From Methylorubrum extorquens (GTDB taxonomy: Bacteria; Pseudomonadota; Alphaproteobacteria; Rhizobiales; Beijerinckiaceae), in assembly GCA_900234795.1 (NCBI GenBank), contig LT962688.1:1140001-1172000 (forward strand): a stretch of 32,000 nucleotides of DNA, read 5' to 3'. Made by a program: the position numbers and the translations under genes. Under the pieces are notes generated by a model that saw only the letters and a list, made by a program, of their open reading frames with translations, had not been told where the DNA came from and did no database searches. This document shows, piece by piece, positions 25,228 through 32,000 of this stretch. Position 1 is the first letter of the stretch; every line of letters starts with the position of its first letter.

Positions 25228-25334
25228 CGCTCGATGCCTTGTTCGTCATCGTTCCCGTTGGAAGAGATAGCTGCGAACTGGGGACGGCACCAGGGATCGC
25301 CCCTCCCCGCCGCCGGGTTCAGCCTTTCGTCGGC

Positions 25335-26832
25335 TTGACGTTCCCCCGCGCCTGCCCGACTCCTCCCGCCACACCGGACGGAGCCGAACCCCTGCCCGCT
25401 TTCAAACCCTCGCGCCGCCACGCCGATCTCGGGCCCGACTTCTACGACGTCGTGGCCCCGGCCGACTTCCCCTCGGCGATCCTGCGCTACCGCAACCAAG
25501 CGTGGGCGCGGCGCGTCGGGCTCGACGATCTGTCGGACGAGGCTTGGATCGCGCATTTCGCGCGCTTCACGCCCCCTGCCCGGCTCGTTCGAGCGGCCGC
25601 TGGCGCTGCGCTACCACGGCCATCAGTTCCGCTCCTACAACGCGGATCTCGGCGACGGGCGCGGCTTCCTGTTCGCACAAGTCCACGACCGACGCGACGG
25701 GCGCCTGCTCGATTTCGGCACCAAGGGCAGCGGCACGACGCCCTGGTCGCGCGGGGCGGACGGGCGGCTCACCCTGAAGGGCGGCGTGCGCGAGGTGCTG
25801 GCCACCGCCATGCTGGAGGCGCTCGGCGTCGAGACCTCGAAGTCGTTCAGCCTGATCGAGACCGGCGAGGCGCTGGAGCGGGGCGACGAGCCCTCCCCCA
25901 CCCGCTCGGCGGTGCTGGTGCGGCTGTCGCATTCGCACCTGCGCATCGGCACCTTCCAGCGCTTCCAGTTCCTCGAACAGCCCGAGGCGATCGCCCGCCT
26001 CGTCGATTACGTGGTCGAAACCTACTATCCCGGCATCCAAGAAGCCGAGCCGGCGGAACGCGCGGCCCTGTTCTTCGAGGCGATGCTGGCGCGGGTGGCG
26101 CGGATGGGCGCGCAGTGGATGGCCGCGGGCTTCGTCCACGGCGTGCTCAACACCGACAACATCAACGTCACCGGCGAGAGCTTCGATTACGGCCCGTGGC
26201 GCTTCGCTCCCGCCCACGATCCGGCCTTCACCGCGGCCTATTTCGACGAGTGGGGCCTCTACAGCTTCGGCCGCCAGCCCGAGGCCCTATTCTGGAACCT
26301 GAGCCGGCTGGCCGATTGCCTGCTCGGCCTCGTGCCTAAGGAGCGGCTGGAGGCGGGGCTGAAAGGCTTCGGCCCGGCGCTTCAGGACGCCTTCGCCGAG
26401 GCGATCCTGTTCCGGCTCGGGGTTACGCCCGCGCAGGGGGAGGGCGAGGGCGCGGTCCACCGGCTGGTCGGCGCATTCTGGGCCTTCCTCGAGACCAGCC
26501 GCGCGCCGTTCGAGCAGGTCTTCTTCGACTGGCGCGGCGGGCTGGCGAGTGAACCCCGCGCGGCCCGGAGCCCGGCGGGCGAGCACTACGCCAGCGACGC
26601 CTTCCGCCCAGTGCATACCGCGCTCCAGGCGATGCGTCCCGCCGCCAAGGCCAACCTCGACCACCCTTACTTCGCCCGCGAAAAGCCCTGCACGATGCTG
26701 ATCGATGAGGTCGAGGCGCTCTGGGCGCCGATCGCCGAGGCCGACGACTGGTCGGCGCTCCAGGCCAAGCTCGCCGAGATCGAGACCATGGCCGAGGCTT
26801 ACGGCACGCAAGCCTTCCCCCCGGACGCCTGA
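25335..26832 (+). pseudogene. selO: protein adenylyltransferase SelO (YdiU/UPF0061), +1 frameshift as read
   Basis: The N-terminal part ...FKPSRRHADLGPDFYDVVAPADFPSAILRYRNQAWARRVGL...AHFARFTP is in frame 0. After the C5 run at 25572-25576 the +1 frame continues LPGSFERPLALRYHGHQFRSYNADLGDGRGFLFAQV...GTKGSGTTPWSRGADGRLTLKGGVREVLATAMLEALGV...FVHGVLNTDNINVTGESFDYGPW... to the stop at 26832. The start is uncertain (TTG 25335 or TTG 25239). Confidence 0.88.
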
Positions 26833-26839
26833 GGCGGGC

Positions 26840-27664
26840 ATGGCGCAGCGTTTCGTTCTGCAGGGGCGGACCGCCCTCGTCACGGGGGCCGCAAGCGGCA
26901 TGGGCGCGGCGCTGAGCCTCGCGCTGGCGGGGCGCGGCTGCGCCCTGGCGCTGGCCGACCGCGACGCGCAGGGCCTCGCCGAGACGGCGCGCGCCGCCCG
27001 CGCCACCGGCGTCACGGTCAGCGAGCATGTGCTCGACCTCGCCGACCGGGAGGCGCTCCTCGCACTGCCGGAGGCGGTCCGGGCCCATCACGGCGGGCTG
27101 CACCTCCTCGTCAACAATGCCGGCGTGGCGCTTGGCGGCCGGTTCGAGGACACGGACCCGGCCGATATCGATTGGCTCATGGACGTGAACCTGCACGCGG
27201 TGATGCGGCTGACCCATGCCTGCCTGCCGTTGTTGCGGGCTCAAGCACAGGCGCAGATCGTCAACCTGTCGAGCGTGTTCGGCATCATCGCGCCCGCGGG
27301 CCAGGCGGCCTACGCGGCGAGCAAGTTCGCCGTGCGCGGCTTCACCGAGGCCCTCCGCCATGAAGTTGAGGGCACAGGGCTCGGCGTCACGCTGGTGCAT
27401 CCGGGCGGGGTCGCCACCGCCATCGCCCGCAACGCCCGACGGCCCCGCACCATGGATCCGCACGAAGCTGCCGAGGCTCATCTCGCCTTCGAGCGCCTCC
27501 TGACGATGAGCCCGGCGAAAGCCGCCGCAGCGATCCTGCGCGGGATCGAGACGCGGGCGCCCCGCGTGGTGATCGGCGCCGACGCCCGCCGCGCCCTGCT
27601 GATCCAGCGCCTGATGCCGGTGCGCTACTGGTCGCTGATCCGCCGCGCCGTTCGAGACACGTGA
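26840..27664 (+). CDS. SDR-family oxidoreductase
   Basis: ATG 26840, 7 nt after the selO stop. TALVTGAASGMGAA, NNAGV, and the catalytic YAASKFAVRGFTEAL. The stop overlaps the next start (GTGA 27661-27664). Confidence 0.88.
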   Translation: MAQRFVLQGRTALVTGAASGMGAALSLALAGRGCALALADRDAQGLAETARAARATGVTVSEHVLDLADREALLALPEAVRAHHGGLHLLVNNAGVALGGRFEDTDPADIDWLMDVNLHAVMRLTHACLPLLRAQAQAQIVNLSSVFGIIAPAGQAAYAASKFAVRGFTEALRHEVEGTGLGVTLVHPGGVATAIARNARRPRTMDPHEAAEAHLAFERLLTMSPAKAAAAILRGIETRAPRVVIGADARRALLIQRLMPVRYWSLIRRAVRDT

Positions 27665-28581
27665 CCATGGCCAGCCTGCGCGCCCACCTCTACGATCTCA
27701 CCATCCGCCTCGCGGTGAAGGGGCGGCTCGGCGGCACCCACGATGTCTACGCGATCCGCCGCGCCTTCGAGGGCGCCCGGTTCCCGACGCCGGCCGGCGT
27801 CGCCTTCACCCCCGGCGAGGTCGGCGGCGTGCCCGGCGAGTGGGCGGAGGCCGCAGGGGCGGACGGCGAGCGCCCCACCCTGCTCTACTGCCACGGCGGC
27901 GGCTTCATTGCCTGCTCGGCGCAATTGTACCGCCCGGTCACCGGCCGCTTCGCTCGAGCCGGCTTCCGGGTGTTCACGCCGGATTACCGGTTGGCGCCGG
28001 AGCACCCCTTCCCCGCGGCGGTCGAGGATTGCACGAGCGCCTGGGCCGCGCTCGCGGAGGCGGGTCCGGCGGTCGTCGCCGGGGATTCCGCGGGCGGCAG
28101 CCTGGCGCTTACCACGATCATCGAGGCGCGCCGCCTCGGCCTGCCCCCGCCCGTGGCGGCGGCCCTGTTCTCGCCGGCCACCGACCTGATCGGTCGCAGC
28201 GCCTCGTTCCGCACGAATGGGCGGCGCGACGCGATGTTCCGCCCCGAAGCGCTGATGCGGCTGGTTCCGGCCTACCTCGCCGGGGCCGACCCTGCCGACC
28301 CGCGCGCCTCGCCGATCGAGGCGGATTTTTCCGGGTTTCCGCCGCTCCTGATCCATGTCGGCGTCCGCGAGATCCTGCGCGACGATTCCCTGCGCCTCGC
28401 CGAGAAGGCGAAGGCCGCGGGCGTGCCGGTCGAACTCACGGTGTTTCCCGTGGTGGCGCATGCCTGGCAGCTCGCCGAGAGCTTTCTGCCCGAGGCACGC
28501 CGCTCCCTCGACGAGGCCGCGCTCTTCCTGCACCGCGCCCTGAAAGCGCCCCCCCATCCTGAGGCGGAGGTCGCCGCGTGA
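27661..28581 (+). CDS. alpha/beta hydrolase, hormone-sensitive-lipase-like esterase
   Basis: Oxyanion motif LYCHGGGF, nucleophile elbow GDSAGGSLA, C-terminal ...VAHAW. The start is GTG 27661 or ATG 27667. The stop overlaps the BVMO start (GTGA 28578-28581). Confidence 0.88.
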   Translation: MTMASLRAHLYDLTIRLAVKGRLGGTHDVYAIRRAFEGARFPTPAGVAFTPGEVGGVPGEWAEAAGADGERPTLLYCHGGGFIACSAQLYRPVTGRFARAGFRVFTPDYRLAPEHPFPAAVEDCTSAWAALAEAGPAVVAGDSAGGSLALTTIIEARRLGLPPPVAAALFSPATDLIGRSASFRTNGRRDAMFRPEALMRLVPAYLAGADPADPRASPIEADFSGFPPLLIHVGVREILRDDSLRLAEKAKAAGVPVELTVFPVVAHAWQLAESFLPEARRSLDEAALFLHRALKAPPHPEAEVAA

Positions 28582-30089
28582 GCGAAGCGCCCCTCGATCT
28601 CGTCATCGTCGGCGCCGGCTTTTCCGGCCTCGCCATGGCGATCCGCGCGCGGCAGGCCGGGTTTGACCGCCTCCTCGTGCTGGAGAAGGCCGCGGGCGTC
28701 GGCGGCACGTGGCGGGAGAACACCTATCCGGGGGCCGCCTGCGACGTGCCCTCGCAGCTCTACTCCCTCTCCTTCGCGCCGAAATCCGATTGGTCGCGCC
28801 TCTTCGCGCCGCAACCCGAGATCGAGGCCTATCTCGAAGGGCTCGTGGCCGCGCACGGCCTCGCGCCGTTCCTGCGCCTGGCGACCTGCGTGACGCGCGC
28901 CGTCTTCGATGCGGCAGCGGGCCTGTGGCGGGTCGAGACCGACAAGGACGTCGTCTCCGCCCGCGTGCTCGTCGGTGCCATGGGCGCCCTGCACCACCCT
29001 GCCCTACCCCGCCTCCCCGGCCTGGAGCGGTTCTCGGGAAAAGCCTTCCACTCGGCGGCCTGGGATCATTCCTGCGACCTGACGGCTCAGCGCGTCGGCG
29101 TGATCGGCACGGGGGCGAGCGCGGTGCAGTTCGTGCCGGAGATCGTCGGCCGCGTCGCCCACCTCACCCAGTTCCAGCGCTCGGCCCCCTGGATCCTGCC
29201 CCGCGGCGACCGCCCGACCGGGCGCGGATTCCGGCGGCTGATGCGGATCGCCCCCCTGCGCCGTCTCCATCGCGCCTCGCTGTTCTGGCGCCGCGAGGTC
29301 GCGGCGCTCGCGGGCTTTACCCGCGTCTCGCGCGTGACCGCTTTGGCCGAAGCGTGGTCCCGCCGGCACCTCGCGGCTTCGATCGCCGATCCGGCTCTGA
29401 GGCGACAGCTCACGCCCAATTACCGGCTCGGCTGCAAGCGGGTGCTGCTCTCCGACAACTATTACCCGGCGCTAACCCGGCCCAACGCGAGCCTCGTCAC
29501 CGCGCCGATCCGTGAGGTTCTGCCCCACGGCATCGTCACGGCCGACGGCGCCGAACACCCGCTCGACGTGCTGATCTTCGCCACCGGCTTCGCCCCCGGC
29601 GGCAGCGTTGTGCGCACGGAGGTGATCGGGCGCGACGGGTTAAGTTTGCTGCAAGCATGGAAGCAGGGAGCGGACGCCTTCCGCGGCGTCTCGGTGGCGG
29701 GCTTCCCGAACTTCTTCCTGCTGCTCGGTCCCAATACCGGGCTCGGCCACAACTCGGTGCTGCTGATGGTCGAGGCGCAGGTCGCCCACGTGCTCGGCGC
29801 GCTGAAGCGGCTGCGCGACCAGCCCGGCGGCGTGCTGGAGGTGCGCCCCGAGGCTCAGGCGCGCTTCCGCGAAGAGGTCGATGCGCGGATGCGAGACAGC
29901 ATCTGGACGCAGGGCGGCTGCGGCAGCTGGTATCTCGACCGCGCGGGGCGCAACCGCACCCTCTGGCCCGGGACGGTGGGCGATTACGTGCGCGGCACCG
30001 AGCGGATGCGGTTGGAGGATTACAGGCTCACCGATCCTCCAGGGCTCCACCCTGGACCCACGAAAGGGCTTGCCCTTTCGAAACCCTGA
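28578..30089 (+). CDS. type I Baeyer-Villiger / flavin-containing monooxygenase
   Basis: FAD Rossmann VIVGAGFSGLA, BVMO fingerprint FSGKAFHSAAWD (FxGxxxHxxxW[P/D]), second Rossmann VIGTGASAVQ. The last ~17 codons (PPGLHPGPTKGLALSKP) are read out of the REP-like element at 30039-30088. Confidence 0.9.
   Translation: MSEAPLDLVIVGAGFSGLAMAIRARQAGFDRLLVLEKAAGVGGTWRENTYPGAACDVPSQLYSLSFAPKSDWSRLFAPQPEIEAYLEGLVAAHGLAPFLRLATCVTRAVFDAAAGLWRVETDKDVVSARVLVGAMGALHHPALPRLPGLERFSGKAFHSAAWDHSCDLTAQRVGVIGTGASAVQFVPEIVGRVAHLTQFQRSAPWILPRGDRPTGRGFRRLMRIAPLRRLHRASLFWRREVAALAGFTRVSRVTALAEAWSRRHLAASIADPALRRQLTPNYRLGCKRVLLSDNYYPALTRPNASLVTAPIREVLPHGIVTADGAEHPLDVLIFATGFAPGGSVVRTEVIGRDGLSLLQAWKQGADAFRGVSVAGFPNFFLLLGPNTGLGHNSVLLMVEAQVAHVLGALKRLRDQPGGVLEVRPEAQARFREEVDARMRDSIWTQGGCGSWYLDRAGRNRTLWPGTVGDYVRGTERMRLEDYRLTDPPGLHPGPTKGLALSKP
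30039..30088. repeat. REP-like two-hairpin element, inverted copy of 1943-1989
   Basis: ccagggctccaccctgg and cgaaagggcttgccctttcg. The reverse complement of 30039-30085 matches 1943-1989 at 43 of 47 positions (hand alignment). It lies exactly between the convergent stops at 30089 (+) and 30090 (-). Confidence 0.6.
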
Positions 30090-30557
30090 TTACCTTGGTC
30101 GGTCCTGCTTGCGATCGACCTCCAGGCGTATGCCCCGGCCGGCCAGGAGGATTTCGGCAAGGAAGGCCAGGATCGCCAGGATGGTGCAGGCGAGCGCAAG
30201 GCCGAAACAGGCGAACAGCACGGAGGCCGCGGAGGCGTCCCTGAGCGCGCCGACGAACAGGGTCAGCACGGCCGCGCCCGTCATCACGCCGCCGAGGCTC
30301 GCCAGCACCACGGCGAGATCGAGCAGAAGCGAGCGCCGGCGCAGGTAGGCGAGGCGGCGGGCCAGCGTCGTCCGCGCCGCCTCGTCCGCACCGGGCAGGC
30401 TGGCCGAGAGCGCGTCGACCTTGTCGGCGACGCGGCCGAGGCGGGTCGAGAACACGTTGAGCAGGGTCGCCAGCGCCGAGAGCAGGAAGGCGGGGGCGAG
30501 CGCCACCTGGATGATGTGGGCGATGCTCTCGGGATCGCCCGTCGCGGTCTGGAACAT
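30090..30557 (-). CDS. DUF2721-type membrane protein
   Basis: 155 aa. IAHIIQVALAPAFLLSALATLLNVFSTRLGRVADKV..., then an Arg-rich loop and two more TM helices, matching my recollection of DUF2721. Confidence 0.7.
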   Translation of the reverse strand: MFQTATGDPESIAHIIQVALAPAFLLSALATLLNVFSTRLGRVADKVDALSASLPGADEAARTTLARRLAYLRRRSLLLDLAVVLASLGGVMTGAAVLTLFVGALRDASAASVLFACFGLALACTILAILAFLAEILLAGRGIRLEVDRKQDRPR

Positions 30558-30572
30558 GCCGTCGGGTTCGTC

Positions 30573-30902
30573 TCAGGCCCGGCGGGCGCGGCGCCGCTCG
30601 CGGAAGATGAGGGCGAGGTTGCGCAGGTAGATGAAGGTGGACAGCCCCTGCCCGATGATGATCACCGGCTCCCGGCGCACGAAGCCGTAGACCAGGGTCA
30701 TCAGCCCGCCGATGATCGACAGGAACCAGAACGAGAGCGGCATCACGCTCTTGCCCGCCCGCTCGCTGGCGATCCATTGCAGGATGAAGCGCGAGCCGAA
30801 CACGAGCTGCGCCCCGATGCCGAACACCAGCCAGAAATCGAAGCGGGTGACGAACACGTCGTAGAAATAGGCCGGCAGGTCCTCGGCGAGCTGGATCAGC
30901 AT
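30573..30902 (-). CDS. lipid-A-disaccharide synthase N-terminal domain (LAB_N) membrane protein
   Basis: 109 aa. FWLVFGIGAQLVFGSRFILQWIASERAGKSVMPLSFWFLSIIGGLMTLVYGFVRREPVIIIGQ is the LAB_N pattern that commonly follows GT2 genes in Hyphomicrobiales. Confidence 0.7.
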   Translation of the reverse strand: MLIQLAEDLPAYFYDVFVTRFDFWLVFGIGAQLVFGSRFILQWIASERAGKSVMPLSFWFLSIIGGLMTLVYGFVRREPVIIIGQGLSTFIYLRNLALIFRERRRARRA

Positions 30903-30906
30903 GGGT

Positions 30907-31680
30907 TCACCGGCTCTCGCTGTGCGGGATTTCCTCGGCCCGGGGGGCCGGGCGGCGCCGCCGGATCAACCACCACACCCCGGCCAGATCGAGGATGCCG
31001 ACCCAGAGCCGGTCGAACATCCCGTAATTCGAGTGCCCGGTGAAGCGCGGCCGGTCCACCACGTCGCGGTGCACCACGCCGAACCCCTCGCGGGTGACGA
31101 GCGCCGGCATGAAGCGGTGAAGCGCGTCGAAATAGGGCAGCGTAAGGTAGACCTCGCGGCGAAACACCTTGAGCCCGCAGCCGGTATCGCGGGTGGCGTC
31201 CTTCAGGATCTTTCCGCGCACGCCGTTGGCGATCCGCGACTGGAACTGCTTCCAGGCCCCTTTCCGGCCGATCCGCTGCCCCTGTGCCAGACCGACCGTC
31301 GGGCCGGCCTGCTCGAGGGCGGCATAGAGCACGGGGATGAAGGACGGATCGTTCTGGCCGTCGCCGTCGAGCGTGGCGATGACGGGCGCGCGGGCACGCA
31401 GCACGCCGCTGCGCACCGCCCCGCTCTGGCCGCCGCCGCGGTCATGGCGCACCACCCTGAGCCACGGCTGCTTGGCCTGCAGGCCGCGGAGGGTGGCCAG
31501 CGTCGCGTCGGTCGAGCCGTCATCGACGTAGATGACCTCGAACGGCGCCAGGGTCTGGCAGGCATGGCCGATCTCGGCCACCAAGGCCTCAATGTTGCCA
31601 GCCTCGTTCTTCACCGGCACCACCACACTGAGGCGCGGCGGCCGAAAGACAGGATCTACGGACTGGGTCGTCGTGCTCAT
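30907..31680 (-). CDS. family 2 glycosyltransferase (polyprenyl-phosphate sugar transferase, ArnC/DPM1-like)
   Basis: LSVVVPVKNEAGNI, VIYVDDGSTDAT, ATLDGDGQNDP, and C-terminal TM helices. ATGA overlap with the upstream gene at 31677-31680. Confidence 0.88.
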   Translation of the reverse strand: MSTTTQSVDPVFRPPRLSVVVPVKNEAGNIEALVAEIGHACQTLAPFEVIYVDDGSTDATLATLRGLQAKQPWLRVVRHDRGGGQSGAVRSGVLRARAPVIATLDGDGQNDPSFIPVLYAALEQAGPTVGLAQGQRIGRKGAWKQFQSRIANGVRGKILKDATRDTGCGLKVFRREVYLTLPYFDALHRFMPALVTREGFGVVHRDVVDRPRFTGHSNYGMFDRLWVGILDLAGVWWLIRRRRPAPRAEEIPHSESR

Positions 31681-32000
31681 GGCGTGGAACCCGGCAGCGC
31701 GGCGTAGGCGGAGACCCCGACCGGCTTGCCGCCGTTGATGTTGAAGCCGGTGACCCGGCCGACGGGGCTAAGCGGTTGCCCGCCTTGGGCGGTCGTGAAT
31801 TCAGCGGCGAACCGGTCCTCGACCAGCACGACGCGGCAGCCGCCCTCCCGTAGGAAGGCGATGGCCTCCGCGCCGGAATTCAGCATGGCCAGATCCGTGC
31901 CGACGGTGAAGACGAGGCTCGGCTCGCGAAGGCCGAGGCTTGCCACACGCGGCGCCTCGCAGGGCAGGGCATCGCGGATCGCGGCGAGCCGCGGCGAGAC
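31677..32000 (-). CDS. C-terminal fragment of a probable GT39 (ArnT/PMT-like) glycosyltransferase; 5' end outside the window
   Basis: The frame is open to the window edge (VSPRLAAIRDALPCEAPRVASLGLREPSLVFTVGTDL...VVLVEDRFAAEF...). The family call rests on a remembered C-terminal pattern (EPSLVF..GT) and on the GT39-GT2-LAB_N gene order. Confidence 0.55.
   Translation of the reverse strand, partial: VSPRLAAIRDALPCEAPRVASLGLREPSLVFTVGTDLAMLNSGAEAIAFLREGGCRVVLVEDRFAAEFTTAQGGQPLSPVGRVTGFNINGGKPVGVSAYAALPGSTP

Noticed and set aside
1-32000. CRISPR arrays, IS elements or transposases, integrases, prophage or defence-island genes
   Set aside because: I found no regularly spaced direct repeats and no terminal inverted repeats bracketing an ORF. 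No DDE, tyrosine-recombinase or serine-recombinase motifs appear in any frame I read. The window looks like core chromosome.

Overview
Very GC-rich, densely coding segment that looks like core chromosome of an alphaproteobacterium. The gene order tmk-holB-metG-tatD-MBL hydrolase and the intergenic repeat types suggest Hyphomicrobiales, possibly Methylobacterium-like; this is inference only. I can support about 36 protein-coding loci. In order: an SDR fragment; a secreted hypothetical; an AraC regulator; a divergent hyi / GntR(FCD) | class-V aminotransferase / MFS cluster; a 900-aa DUF2339 membrane protein; a Crp/Fnr regulator; a PotABC-like importer with no binding protein nearby; tmk-holB; two small membrane proteins; metG-tatD-MBL hydrolase; a group III truncated haemoglobin; a secreted SGNH hydrolase; a HisKA_2 sensor kinase; a DMT transporter; a DUF433/PIN-like toxin-antitoxin pair; SelO-SDR-esterase-Baeyer-Villiger monooxygenase; and DUF2721 / LAB_N / GT2 / GT39. 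I saw no rRNA, tRNA, CRISPR array, transposase, integrase or phage gene. The most conspicuous signal is ten frame disruptions in otherwise conserved genes. Eight of them are one extra base in a G/C run that reads 4-6 long. The essential gene holB is hit twice and the DUF2339 gene carries a compensating pair. Base-calling or assembly error is the most parsimonious explanation, but it needs the reads to confirm. I did not find a convincing novel multi-gene system. The best follow-ups are: the TA pair (its antitoxin is missing from the ORF track); the tightly coupled SelO-SDR-esterase-BVMO block; structured REP-like elements at convergent gene ends whose substitutions preserve the hairpins; a low-GC islet with two mutually antisense small ORFs; and two divergent small membrane proteins.
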